Shown here in pieces: positions 26,701 to 40,603 of a DNA stretch of 64,000 nucleotides. Numbering within the stretch: the first letter of the stretch is position 1; each line of letters starts with the position of its first letter. The stretch is from Octopus vulgaris (lineage: Eukaryota). The stretch lies in NCBI GenBank assembly GCA_951406725.2, contig OX597815.1:102176001-102240000 (forward strand), given 5' to 3'. Under the pieces are notes generated by a model. The model had not been told where the DNA came from. It did not search any database and saw nothing but the letters and a program-made list of their open reading frames with translations. Position numbers and translations under genes: made by a program.

Positions 26701-27827
26701 AAGTAAAGTTGAAGTATACAAAAATAAACATTATTTCCTACTTCACTGTTAGTTTTCTTTCATTTTGAAAAATAAAAATGTACTTTTTGGTCTATTATTG
26801 TTTGTATTTTGAATTACATAAATATTGGCGTTAGGAATGGCATCCAGCTGTAGAAACACTGCCAGATCAGACTGGAGCCTAGTGCAGCCCTTGGCTTCCC
26901 AGACCCCGGTCGAACTGTCCAACCCGTGCTAGCGTGGAAAATGGATGTTAAATGATAATGATGATGATGATGATAATGATTGGGACACCAAAATCTTTCA
27001 AGTACTTTCAGTCTTTCAAGTGCCTCTATGGGTCTTAATTTGGCCCTGGTTGCAATCAACTGCAGATTGACTTGCAGAACATGTCTTTGCAGTATATATA
27101 CACAAATTTTGTACAATCTTTTCACAAAAGTTTAATGATTTGAATCACTACCGATTCAAGTTAGTCTTTTGTGCGTGGTTTCTGCCATCTCACCACCTTA
27201 ATAATAATAATAATCCTTTCTGCTAAAGACATGTGGCCTGAAATTTTGGGGGAGGGGACTAGTCAATTACCTTGACCCCAGTATTTCACTGGCACTTAAT
27301 TTATTGACCCCAAAAGGATGAAAGGCAATTTGAACTCAGAATGTAAAGAAGGACAAAATGCCGCAAAGCATTTTGCCTGGCGTGCTAACAATTCTACTAG
27401 CTCACTGCCTTAATAATAATGATGGTCACTCTCATCGATTTCGTCTTATGAGTATTTAATAGAAAGAATATTTTTTTTAAAAGAAAGGATTAAAAAATAA
27501 AAGAAGCTGCATCTATTTCCAATAGGTGCATGAATGTAATTTGAGTTCAGGTATGGATTTTACTATGAAATCACAATGAGGACAATGATGATTTTGGTTT
27601 TGTTTGGGATTGGACAAAAGTATCTGTTAATTGCAGGATATAATTCTTTTATTGTTCTATTCCTTCAACTCAAATTGTTTAGATGCATCATGACACATTT
27701 TATACCACTCAAATCAATTTAGGCAATAACTTACCCAAGATGTTAAATTAATCTGTAGGGATTTTAGCAATTGTTTCAACTTATCCTTATTAAACTCATG
27801 TTTCTTCATATTTTATCATTATTTCAG

Positions 27828-27923
27828 GAATCATCTGGTGTTAATCCTGTCAACTACAAGCTAAGCTACAGTATCCTATATGGAGCAGTTCTGTTCATAA
27901 TTTTACTGAAAATGTTAAATTAG
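27828..27923 (+). CDS. Probable terminal exon of the DNase I-family gene, encoding a GPI-anchor-like signal
   Basis: Strong acceptor ttttatcattatttcAG, phase 0, matching the 13067 donor. Encodes ESSGVNPVNYKLSYSILYGAVLFIILLKMLN*. AATAAA occurs downstream near 28675 and 28896. Confidence 0.72.
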   Translation, partial: ESSGVNPVNYKLSYSILYGAVLFIILLKMLN

Positions 27924-29329
27924 GAACTTTGCTTACATCACCAATACCATTTACAAGGGAATGAGTGTCAAAACTCCACATCTGCTGTCCTCCATGAAGA
28001 ATTCACCAATTTTATAAGCAATTATTTCAAAACATTCTGTTAAACATCATTTCATTATAATATTTATTTTGAGGGTTAACTAAATTTGTTGCACAGTTTA
28101 ACATCACCACTGGGACCTCAAGGTGCCATTAGCAGAGTCAAAACTATTGCAGCCACAAAAACAAAAGACAAAATGAACTTACTTGAAGCTAGTGATGGTG
28201 CTATTATTATTTAAATTTGAGTTTTTAGTTTTTTGACATTTATATTTTATTTTTTTGTTATAAGTAGTCATATTGCTGAAGACTAAGATCTTTGCATATG
28301 AACATTCCATAATCCAGATCAACAAACTGTTCCTTTTCTTCAAGTTTCTTTAAGCACAAGGTTGCATGTAATGTGAAAGTTTTCTGCTGTTTTCTACTTC
28401 AAGATACTGCAAGTGAGAATTGTTAATAGTTTCACCCATTCTAAAAGTCACACACACACACACACATTCATATATACACACACTCACATACACACGAGGA
28501 AGCACATAAATGCAAAACAAGGTGAATAGTCCTCGAATACCAAAGGTAGAATCATATGGTTTTTTTTATTAAAGCTGCAAAAACATCACAAAAGACTGTC
28601 TTGATTCCAGATGTCTGACGAATGGGAATGTGAGACTCGGAGTCACTGTTTTTTTGTGATGCTTTTGTGGCTTTAATAAAAAAATACACACACACACACA
28701 TTCACAACCATCAGTTTAACATGACAACATCTGTTAGTAATTTCTATTTTACAATTCATCTCATAAATAAGCATTAGAAAAGAATTAGTGAATCAATTTT
28801 TAAAGTGAAAAAGTATGTCATCAAGTGAATAATTTAATTCCAAATTACTTCTCATATAAAGAATGTAAAATATTAACATTACCTTCATTGTTTGAAATAA
28901 ATTTTATCTATGTTAATGTATGCCTCTATTATTTTTTTTCACTTATTTACCTTTTTCAAAAAACAAATTATTCTAAAAGATATTTTTTGTTATCTTGGTA
29001 AATGATTTGATAGTTCTATTTAAACACCACTTCATTATTATGCATTTTATTTTAGCCATAAACCTTTTTTTTTTTTAGACATTGTGAGATGTGTTTTTGT
29101 GGTGTCCGTGTGCATGTGTGTCTGTGTGTGAACAATAAGATTTTATCCTCTGATTTAATACCCTTCACTACATGAGCTTTGGATACCTTTAGCAGAGTCC
29201 ACGCTATTGCAAGCATTTGGGTTAGCTCCCCAGAGTGAGGATAACTTCTCTTCCTTACAGAGATCTAGGAAAAGTTCATGGGTATTTCCCCGGGCTATGT
29301 AAAACAAAAACAAAAGAGTTTTCCTAGAC

Positions 29330-29856
29330 CAGGGGTGGGGGGAAACCCCTGCTCGAGGGCGCAATTGCGCAAGCAAGCCCTTTTTAGTTCGCCCACACGC
29401 TGATATACTCGTATGTATAAAATATGGTAAAATTTTTTCAAATCTAAAATTTATACAATATTCGTATGCCTGATTGCGAGAAAGGTCGCATTTCCACTTC
29501 GACTTAAAACGGTTAGACTCGAACAGAAACTAGTCCGGTAATTGCCATTTGATTGGAAATTTTCTTTTCGTTATAAAACACATATTGCTAGGATTGTACC
29601 ACCCCCTTGAGACCCAACTACACTCTAGCAGAAAAATATAGACTACTTCATAAGTAATATAAACGTCCTAAATTCAGTGGCGGCGTTAATGAAAATGCTA
29701 CGCATTAATTTAATGTGTTCTTTATTAATGTATATCGAATTACACATAGATATATACAAGATCTACACATACGAGAGTTAGAATTTGTGATCCGCCGGCA
29801 GACCTTATTTCTTTGTAAATGTTTGCCTGCCGCACTAAAATGTTTACCGACCCCTG
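29330..29856. mobile_element. hAT-like MITE
   Basis: Ends CAGGGGTGGGG / CCGACCCCTG. Degenerate 8-bp TSD TCCTAGAC / CCCTACAC. Confidence 0.7.
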
Positions 29857-30539
29857 CCCTACACAAATTCACATCAGGCATTCCAAAATGTTTGAGTTAT
29901 TTATTGGACTACATTATGAAATGCATGTGATTAGAGTGAGATTTGGCAACTGTTTCAGCAGTAACTCAAGAACAGAGGAAGGTACCTGAAGCACAGAAAG
30001 GAGTAGTCAGTGAAAAATCAAGTACGAAGGAATGATATTGTGAATGAGGAATGGCTGTCAAAGGAAGTTGCTCGAGGGAGCAAAGGAGGTAACTGGTAGC
30101 ACAAAAAGCAAAACTCATCAAACCAAGTGGTTAAACAACAAAGAAAAGGTTGAGAATCATCTTTTGCTGAGCAAACTAATGAAGGAACTTACATGGACAA
30201 TCAACTTCCTAGAAATAACAGCCAAATCCTAACTTATTACCTTAAGAGAGAGCCACCTCAGATAATGTAATTCTTGATATGTAATTTCTGAAATGAAAGA
30301 GAGGATAGTGATGGTTTCAACGCCTTTGGTCATGCAGATGGTTAATCAGGGTGAAGCATCAACTATTTGTTGAACTTGAGCTGCATAGAAATGGTAAACT
30401 TCAAACATGCTGAATCTATTTTTGCAGATGGGATTTCTGGTAAAGAACATTAGCTTGGAGACAGAAATATGAAAGGCTGCACTAAGTTGACATCTCATGA
30501 AGTTTACTGGATCTTCTTATTTTCCAGCAAGTGCACAAC

Positions 30540-31140
30540 ACTTTGACCTACTCTGTCAGTATTGTTTCAAACCCATCAACATGCATTTTAAACTTATTCG
30601 TCATAAAATATGGACATTTTTACCCACAATAAATAGCATTTAGTGTTCACTAGGGCTCAGTTCTGTGTCCACCTACTCATCCAAGCCATTATAGATGAAC
30701 TTAAGACTGGTTGCACTTGGGAACTACTACATACTGATTGTTTTGTTCTTATAGAGGAATCAGTAAAAGAATTAGTAAAGAAATTTCAAGTGTAGAAACA
30801 AAACCTGGAATCAAAGGGCCTTAAAGTTAATTTAAGCAAAAAAAAAAAAAACATTGCCTTGCTCAGTATGTGGGAAAGATGTAAGTAGAAATTGTACATG
30901 GTGCACCTAGTGCAAGCTCTAGAAACAGAAGAGGTGCAATGGAATCACAGGAAAATTAACAGAGAAAGTAGTCTTTGAACACAGGAGCAATAAACACTAT
31001 GGAAATACATTCTCTCAAATGCCCAGAACGTTCCCAAGAAATAGTAAATAGTTTGTCACTTAGGTAACCTTATTAGCAGTAAAGGATGATAGAATAATGA
31101 TAGGGTAGAAAGTTTAAGGAGTTTACTTTTGTTGGTAACA
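30540..31140 (+). mobile_element. Decayed RTE LINE reverse transcriptase fragment
   Basis: Broken counterpart of VHQGSVLSP...ELLY, also seen at 41535-41690. Confidence 0.55.
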
Positions 31141-32075
31141 ATTATATATTACTGATAGTGCCTGCAGCTTTTTTAAGACAGCAGAAGCAATTTAAACTAT
31201 TTATGCTTGACTACATTTAACCTTGAATATTTGAAAATCAAGATTAATGTATGAGATATAGTGAAACAGGCAAAATGTAATCAGTAAGATATGTAAGACT
31301 AAGAGATACAATTAATATTGATTTCAAATTTTGGTGCAAGGCCAGGAATTTCAGGGGAGGTAGTAAGTCAATTATATCAACCCCAGTACTCAATTGGTGC
31401 TTATTTATTGACTCTGAAAGGATGAAAGGCAAAATCAACCTTGATGGAATTTGAACTCAAAACATAAAGACGGACAAAATGCTGCTAAGCATTTTGCCTG
31501 GCATGCTAATGATTCTGCCTATTTGCCACCTTCTAGATACAATTAATATTGATAATAGTTCTGTTGTAAATAGGTGATCCAAAGTCTTTGTTTTGTTTGC
31601 AACTCCACTGACTGATGCCGTTCCTATCAAATGGTCTATTTAAACCTTTAACACACTGCATTTTCTCTAGAATTGTTTCCCTGCCACTGCCCTGTTACTA
31701 CAGGGGATAAAACTCATATGGTGACATGATGCACCTACAGTGTGCTAAAGGTTAAGGCTTTTTGTACGAGCTAACAAGAAGAGAAAGATAAGTCAGTCAA
31801 ATGTCAGGCAGAAAGCAAGATTGTCATGGAGTAAAATAGTGGCCTCCAACAGATTGATCGTGGTAGAATTTGAAAAAAAGCTGAAAATGAAATCTTACTT
31901 TTAAAATATTTGATAACATGTAAGGTATTTAGGAATGTTATACAATAAGCTCTACATTTACTGCCAATAAAAACTGAAGAATATTTCCCAAAGTAAATTA
32001 AACTTTTGGATTTTTTCTATTTAAAAAACCAAAAAAAACCCCCAAAATAACCTGTCACAAGTGTCATAAAGAATT

Positions 32076-32800
32076 CATCATCATCATCATCATCGTTTAA
32101 CATCCATTTTCCATGCTGGCATAGGTTAGACAGTTCAACTGGGGTCTGGGAAGCCAGGAAGCTGCACCAAGCCGCAATGTGATCTGGCAGTGTTTCTACA
32201 GCTGGATACCATTCCTAACTCCAAACCACTCAGAGAGTGTAGTGGGTGCTTTTTATGTGCCACCAGCACAGGGGCCAGAGGAGCTGGCATCGACCACGAT
32301 CAGATGGTGCTTTTTATGTGCCACCGGCATGGAAGCCAGTCAAAGCGGCACTGACTGGCTTCTGTGCTGGTGGCATGTAACGGAAGCCAGTCAGTGCCAC
32401 TTTTGCCAAAATGGATCATGATCAAAGGCTGGAACCATTGATGTAGATGCATCAAAATAACCAAATGTTTTAAACATCTACATTTTTGAGATACCATTAT
32501 TAATATCATCATTATTATTTACTTACTTTATGGACTAATCATCATCATCATCATTCAATGTCTGTTGTCCATGCTGGCATAGACAACAGACAGTCAATGG
32601 ATGGTTTAACCAGGACTGGTAAGCTGGAAGGCTGCACCAGACTCCAGTCGGACTTGGCATGGTTTTCTACAGCTGGATGCTCTTCTTAATGCCAATACTC
32701 CGAGAGTGTAATAGGTGTTTTTATGTGCCACCGGCATGGGTGCCATTTTCATGACACTAGTATCTACCAAGACTCCGATTTTGGTCAGCTTGATGAGTGT
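32076..32800 (-). mobile_element. Two RTE-type 3' tail fragments
   Basis: Reverse complements of GGGCATCCAGCTGTAGAAAC...CCATGC.AGCATGGA...(GAT)n, the tail seen at 42060-42200. Confidence 0.75.
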
Positions 32801-33347
32801 ATATGCTTTTTTAAGGAAACACAACACATATAAAGAATTCAGATGTAAAAAATACTTTATTTTTTTAAATAATTTTTCCCTGCTACATAGCATTTTAATT
32901 GTGTTTATCTGTGACAATATTTGAAAAACATCACAATCTAGCATAATTATATATGATAATTAAAAAATAGGATGCTGGTGGTCATGTGAAAAATATATAA
33001 ATATATGCTTATTTACAGAAATTACAGAGATTAAGAAAAACATAATATGGAGAAAAAAATTACATAAATAAAACCACAAAAATAAGAAAAGTTGCCTTAG
33101 AAAGATTAGATATTTCTTGGTTTTATTAGTAAAACAAACAGAATATAATTTAAAACAAAATCTTCAACACATCATTTTATAAATATTTCCTAGGTTTCAA
33201 CTGAAGCAATAGGCATTATTTAAAAATTATTATCTGCTCTTTTTGTTTATTCATAAAACACTGTATGGTAAGTTTTAGGCATCTCCACCTTACATGTCAC
33301 TACCAAAATATAAAAAAATATATAAGTATATGATATGTGTAAAATTA

Positions 33348-34244
33348 TAAGGTCATCCCATAAATAATGCAGTTTTTTTAATGATTTTTTTTTCAAAATT
33401 AAGATAAACAAAGTTCTTTTTTAAATCTAAAATATACTCCCCTTCATTGTCTACAATGCTCTTCGATCTAGCTTGGTAGATTTGCAAGGACCTACTTCCA
33501 AAATTCACGTAAAATACTCCTCCAGTACTGTTCTGACCTCATCTACAGAATTCATATTTTCTTCATCCAAATGATTTTGAAAACTGTGGAATATATGATA
33601 ATCGGATGGGGGCAATGGTGGGTGGGTCATCGTTTCACATTCAAACTGCTCCAGCCTTTGGAATGTCATCCTTGCTGTGTGTAACCAAGCATTATCCTGA
33701 TGGAAGAACAACTTTCATCTTGAAACCAAAGATGGTCGTTTTTCTTCTAGTCCTGACTTGAATGACTTGTTGAATGACGAAATCCATGCTTCTCTGCTAG
33801 TTCAACAGTTATCATAGGATTTTGTTCCACCAGAGTTTGCAGGATGTCCTCATCAAGCTGAACAGATCTTCCAGGACAAGGCTTGTCTTCTGGGCTGTAG
33901 TTTCTGGCTCAGAATTTCTGGAACCCCCGTTAACATTGGCTTACACTTATTGTCTGATCCCCATATACTTCATTAATATTCCTTGCACTTTCTGTTGTAT
34001 TGTCACATTTATTGAACTCATAAAGCAAAATATGCCAAATATGCTCCTTTGTTACTTCCATTTTAGCTTTGCAAAAATAACTGTTAAAATCGAACTGCAT
34101 CCTTCAAAACTTGCACGAAGAATAAGAACAAGATAAAATTACTACCTGCTTTTATAGAAAATTTAATCAGGTAGTTTATTCCGTCCCCCTCCGTCTTTTA
34201 GATCATGCAATTGAAAAAACCACATTACTTATGGGATGACCCAA
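33348..34244 (-). mobile_element. Internally deleted mariner transposon
   Basis: TIRs TAAGGTCATCCCATAAATAATG / CATTACTTATGGGATGACCCAA with TA flanks. Transposase remnant FHQDNAWLHTA...HPP..PSDYHIFHSFQNHL (DD34D region). Confidence 0.9.
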
Positions 34245-36309
34245 TATATGCAGTATACATAGCAAAGTGCCATAAAATTGATCACACGTCATTGTTATTT
34301 AGATAGATAGTAAGCTATGTGTTATAGTGAAATATATGATTTGCACAAGCCTGTGTGTGAAAAAAGCGTGTTTTCCGTTTTTCTACTTTTCGCACTGGGG
34401 ATATATATATAGATGTAATGTGTAGACCACTAAGAATTCAAATTCCAGTAGGTGACAGAGTTGTGTCCCTTGAATGGAAGATCGGAAGCGAATCACATTC
34501 TAACACTGCAATCCTTTTAATTAGTAACAGGATGGGTTTTTCGCAAATTTAAAGCAAATTGTATTTCTAGTTATAATGTTAGATGTTAACACCGTGGTAA
34601 AGGAGTGATGATGTGTCACAACAGGAATTAGATTAGGACTATTTTACTTCATGCCATACTATCATATGCTGAGCCAACAAGCCAATGGTGGGTGTTCCTA
34701 TGTAGTCATGTGGCCTGCAAAAAATAATAGTCAAATGTAGCTCTACTTACAATCTACTATCTTAAAAAAAAAATTTTCAATAATGCAGTTGTGTGTTCCT
34801 TGGTTATGATCAAGGCAGGGGTCTCTTTGATCCTAGATCTATTTCGTTCAGAGACGAGCTGGGGCTAAACAAGAGCTTCTATGCATTGCTCTGCCTGGTA
34901 CAAGCAGCAACCAAATTTCTCTTAAATTATACACTACCATCTTAAAAGGGGCAGGACACATTGGATAAAACAGTCTTAGATGCATGGTGTTTGAAACTGA
35001 TCCCAAACTGGAATGGGATGCTCATAATTAATATGTTTATTTGATCATATGACTCTTAATTGAGGGTTGACTTGGGGGTAAACATATTTTAGGTAGACAC
35101 CCTTCCAGATACACAGAAAGGAACTGTGAAGGTAGGAGTTAACTATTTCCACAAAGAATTTAGAAATATCTACTGTTGTAAACCCAATACTTCAGGGAAT
35201 AGAATTAAATATATTTCATTATTAATGACCAGTTTACAGTTGTAATAATCATAAGATTAAAAACAGAAATATCAAAGTGTAAACTAAAATAAAGAAATAT
35301 ACCGTTATATACAAGTGTGGGCAAAAGTAAGTAAACAGTTGCATGGGTCATGCAATCAAACCAAAATTCCAAGAAATCAAAAAAGAGGGCTTCCAATGAA
35401 CTAGGCATCCCCTGCAGATCCCTTTGTTGAATCCTGAATTGCATAGGTTTAAAAAAGAGAAATAGAAGCTAAAAGAACATTCCACTCATATTAAGCAACT
35501 ACTTAAGCCCATCCCTGCATATCGTCTGACAAATATCAAAATCACTTAATTTGTCTATTAAATCTAATTTCAATCATTGGACTGTGGGCCATGCTTGGAT
35601 ATCATCCTTCAGAAATAGAATTATGTCAAGCCTTGCACTTAAACTGCTAATTACTTTACCAAACTGAGAATGCCTTTGACTGAGATTCATTTGGAATTAA
35701 ATAAAACAACTAATAATCCATTAACACTCATGCATTATATATATATATATTTTATATATATAATGGTTTTACAAAGCTATGCTGAAACAATGCTTGAAAA
35801 ACTTGAAGAGACACAATTTAACATAAAGAACTCAATAAGATAAAGTAGAATGGAAATATATGCTTATTCAGATGATGTCACTTTACAAGATTAATCACGT
35901 TTAATTCAATTTAGATTTTGTCTGAGTACACTCTGACAAATAAAAAAAAATGAAGGAAATATAACTAATCTTGTATGGGCCATTATCAAAATAAACATTC
36001 ACACAAGTGTGTTTGAGTGTGTGTGGAGACTAAGAAAGAGAGAAGGTTAAGAAGGTTATTTGACATTCTAAGGTAATGAGTTCAATGACTGTGTGGTATC
36101 TTGACCAACTGTCTTTTACCAAAGCTTTGGGTTGACCTAAGATTCTGAATCAATGGAAATTATAGAAGCCTGTGGGATGAACTGTACCAGTAATTCAAAG
36201 TTCCAGCATATGTCTTTGTGGAATACTCAACCACTTTGCACATTATTTCAATGTAGAAGTGTTCTGGTGGGCAATCATATTCTTAATACAAGAGATGAGG
36301 AATTAAGTA

Positions 36310-36630
36310 CATTATTTATATTATTTACATTTGACGGATATTTATCCTCATCTTGTTTGTTGTTAACACGTTTCGGCTGATATACCCTCAAGCCTTCATC
36401 AGGTGTCTTGGGGAAATTTCAAACTTGGGTTCTCATTCCTAAGGTATTTTTCGATGTTATTATTATTATTATTATTATTATTCAGGTCACTGCTTGGAAT
36501 GGAACTTGGAATCTTGGGGTTAGTAGCCCATGCTCTTAACTACTACGCCATTTGCCCATGGGCATATGGCATAGTGGTTAAGAGTGCAGGCTATTAACCC
36601 CAAGATTCCGAGTTCGATTCCAGGCAGTGA

Positions 36631-36683
<53 letters not shown>

Positions 36684-36802
36684 TCGCAAAATACCTTAGG
36701 AATGATAACCCTTATTCGAAATTTCCCCAAGACACCTGATGAAGCCAAAACATGTTAACAACAAACAAAATGAGGACAAATATCCATCAAATGTAAATAA
36801 TG
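36310..36802. mobile_element. Palindromic family C element: head-to-head tRNA-like heads, (AAT)n and hammerhead-like module
   Basis: Arms are reverse complements about GCCCATGGGC (36554-36563). Hammerhead-like core on - at 36361-36408. Confidence 0.8.
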
Positions 36803-37198
36803 AATCATATAGTTCTCAAAGAGAGAGTCCAGAATTCATGATATCACCATAATCATATTACATCAGAATTCCATGCTGGAATGGCTTGGATGGGTCATAT
36901 TATATATACATATATGGGGCCAGTAAATGAAGCACTCAGTACACTCTGTAAAGTGGTTGGTATTAGTGAGGGCCTCCAGCAGTAGAAACCTTGCCAAAGT
37001 AGACAATGGAGACCAACACAGCCATCTGGCTAAACCAGATCCTGTCAAACAGTCCAGCCCATGCCAGCATGGAACATGGACGTTAAATAATGATCATCAT
37101 CATATTTGTGTATGTGTGTGTGTGGATAGATAGCTAGACAGACAGACAGACAGACAAATATTTAGACAGATAGATATATTATTAGATAGATAGATTAT

Positions 37199-37243
<45 letters not shown>

Positions 37244-38326
37244 TATTAGATAGATAGATAGATAGATATATAGATAGATAGATAAACTTTTAGAGAAACT
37301 TTTCCAGATCAGATTGGAGTCTGGTGCAGCTTCCTGGCTTGCCAGTCCTCAGGCAAACTGTCCAACCCATGCCAGCATGGGAAAGCGGACGTTAAATGAC
37401 GATGATGATGATGATAGACAGATAGACAAACTTTTAGACAGACAGATAAATATTTTCTGTTGATGAACAAGATTGTTTTATCTCCCTGTGGGGTTAGCAT
37501 TAGTCAACTGCACACATTGCTGGGTTTAAAATAATGAAATAAAATGGTAATTAGAGTATATGAAGGTGTTGGATGCTTTGATTAGTCATATAGGTAGTGA
37601 TGTTGATGATGCCCATTTATTTTGATAGGTATCAGCAGAAAGTTCTGCTTTATTCTAAAGCATATAGATAGTAATGTGGTTGGGTACTGGTTACATAGCT
37701 GCTCATCTTGTCGATAACATTTGTCCTTTTCATCAACATCAGGGGTGGGGCTTCTTTGAGGTTGGTTAGTAGAAGCAACAGTATATACCAGTAAGGTGAG
37801 TGGCATTCAAGCTTGAATTTTTTATTTATAATATGGTTGGAGACTGGTAGATGTCTTATTTCTAGCATAAGGAGATAAGATGGCTTTTTTTTTCTATCAC
37901 TACTTTAACATGATAAAAGATCCGTCTCCAACTGCCAACTCTATAGAGGCAAAGTCCCTAAAACTTCTTTTACTGTTATATAGCCTTTAGTTAAATAACT
38001 GTTATAGCCTTTAGTTATAGTTAATACCTAACTGGGTTCGCATATCTTTTCTTCTCATAAGGATAAATATGAATCTCCTAGATTCTATTCTGCTATTTAA
38101 TTTCTCAAGTCCTTTGAAAAAACTTTGTTTAAGCTTTTTGCACTGAAGAGTACAGTGAGATGTAATTAATTCAATTCAACCATGAATTTGCAAAATTTTT
38201 ATATCTCTGCACGAAATGATCATCTGCATGAATTAAAATTCTCTTAGATATTTTAATATCTTCTCTTCTCCATTTTTAACAAAATTGTTGAGTTTTATGG
38301 GATTTCTTTCCATAAATTCACAACAC

Positions 38327-38561
38327 ATCATATACATTTATATGTATATATATACATACGTGCATATATATACACACATACATATGTATACATAAATATA
38401 TATATATACATAAATATATATATATATACATAAATACATATATATACATAAATATATATATATATATATACATAAATACATATATATACATAAATAAATA
38501 TATATATATATACATAACTAATTATATATACATAAATACATAACTAATTATATATACATAA

Positions 38562-38595
<34 letters not shown>

Positions 38596-38800
38596 ATGTA
38601 TACATAAATATATATATGTATATATACATATGTATTTATACATACATATATGTATATACATATATAAATACATATATATTCATATGTATTTATACATATA
38701 TATGTGTATAAATACATACATGTATATATAAACACACATATATATTCATATATATCTATACACATACATACATATACATACATACATATACATACATACA

Positions 38801-38863
<63 letters not shown>
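38327..38863. repeat. Complex (TA)n/(CATA)n low-complexity tract
   Basis: Directly visible. Confidence 0.95.
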
Positions 38864-38866
<3 letters not shown>

Positions 38867-39233
38867 TTTACTACCCTGTTGATGGTAAATTATATGCTTT
38901 TAACATATTGAGTCTCTAGATTTTTTGTCTAGGACATGTTTATTTTTTCCTTTCTTTCTTCCCTTTGTTTATATTGTATGGTCTTGTTTTTATTCTGATG
39001 AAGCTCTGTTGCCTTAATTTGAATACCTGATGAAGATGTAGAACTTTATTCTTGCACTTATTTATAGACAGCATTTTGGTAACCGATCGGAAATAGCCCT
39101 AAGATATGTTACATAACCTGTTTTGTTATGTCATGCTTTGTATTGAAAAATAAGCTACAAATGTAGTCCAATCGATGTGTTTGTTAATCTGAGGTTTTCT
39201 AAATTTTCTTATTATATATATATATATATATAT

Positions 39234-40255
39234 AGGTGCAGGAGTGGCTGTGTGATAAGAGGCTTACTTCCAACCACATGGATCCATGATCAGTCCCACT
39301 GCATGGTACCTTGGGTAAGTGTCTTTTACTATAGCCTTGTGCTGACCAAAGCCTTCTGAGTGGATTTGGTAGATGAAAACTGAAAGAAGCCCATCATACA
39401 TATATATATATATATACCATATATATACTCGACAGAGCGTAAGTACCTTAAGAGAAAAGTTGGATCTAAGAAGCATCAAATGTGGTGTGCAAGAGAGACA
39501 ACTGCACTGATATGGTCATGTGGTGAGAATGGATGAGGATAGCTGTGTGAAGAAGTGCCACACTCTAGCGGTTGAGGGAATCTGTGGAAGAGGCAGACCC
39601 AGGAAGACCTGGGATGAAGTGGTGAAGCACGACCTTCGAACATTAGGCCTCACCGAGGCAATGACTAGTGACTGAGACTTTTGGAAATATGCTGTGCTTG
39701 AGAAGACCCAGCAAGCCAAATGAGACCATAACCTCATGGCCTATGCCAGGGGTGTAACCAGCCCCCTTATGCGTACCTTTGCTTCACTGGACACTAAACT
39801 CTGCTCATGAAGACCTGTTGAGGCAAGTGAAATCAAAATCAAATTCGATGACTGGCATCCGTGCTAGTGGAGCACTAATCTGAGCGTTATCATTGCCAGA
39901 GCAGCTAACTGAATTCTGTGCCGGTGGCATGTAAAAAGAAGCACCAATCGAGCATGATAGTTACCAGCATCGCCTTACTGGCACTTGTGCCAGTGGCATG
40001 TTAAAAAAACATTTGAGCGAGGTTGTTGTCAGTGCTGGGACTGGCTCTTGTGCAGGTGGCATGTAAAAAAACACCATTTGAGCCTGGCTGTTGCCAGTAC
40101 CGCCTAACCGATGTTGGTGTGTTTATGTCCCCGTAACTTAGCAGTTTAGCAAAGAGACTGATAGAATAAGTACTAGGCTTACAAAGAATAAGTCCTGGAG
40201 TCAATTTATTCAACTAAAAGGCGGTGTTCCAGCATGGTCACAGTCAAATGACTGT
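39234..40255 (+). mobile_element. Family B SINE split by an RTE LINE 3' fragment (about 39420-40105)
   Basis: SINE head at 39234-39415 and tail at 40105-40255. The insert encodes GHVVRMDEDSCVKKC...GRGRPRKTWDEVV (RTE C-terminus). Confidence 0.8.
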
Positions 40256-40603
40256 ACTTTCCCTAATAACTTCTAGAATCATATCCCTTTAAATACTTCA
40301 CAAGACTTCATGCAGGAGTGTTTGTATCTGATATACCTGCTTTGCTGCTATTTCGATTTTCTTGTGGTGAAGCTAGCCATTTCTTCTATTTCTTGTTTGC
40401 GATGCGCCCACCCTTTCTTGCCCCTATCACCAATACTGGAAATCCCTTGTGCCAGAAATCTCTTATACCAAAAGCTCCAAAAAAGGCTCTGCTTCACTTC
40501 TGCACCAGAAGACCTACATACCTTCATCCCTTCCAAACCATCTTCCTCTCACCTCCTCCCTCTTTCTCTCTGTGGCTGGTGCAAAGTCTCTTCCACACCT
40601 AGG

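Noticed and set aside
36560-36632. tRNA gene (also 4621, 55788, 1464)
   Set aside because: A and B boxes are present, but the acceptor stem is poor, the anticodon differs between copies, and each sits inside a repeat. These are SINE-type heads.
37582-37868. Unique-looking segment with splice-like signals and short ORFs
   Set aside because: No recognisable protein motif, and the plus-strand frames contain stops.
39880-40105. CRISPR-like regularly spaced repeats (also 43345-43630, 47150-47410)
   Set aside because: They are degenerate tandem subrepeats of the RTE 3' UTR with related spacers. The context is eukaryotic and there are no cas genes.
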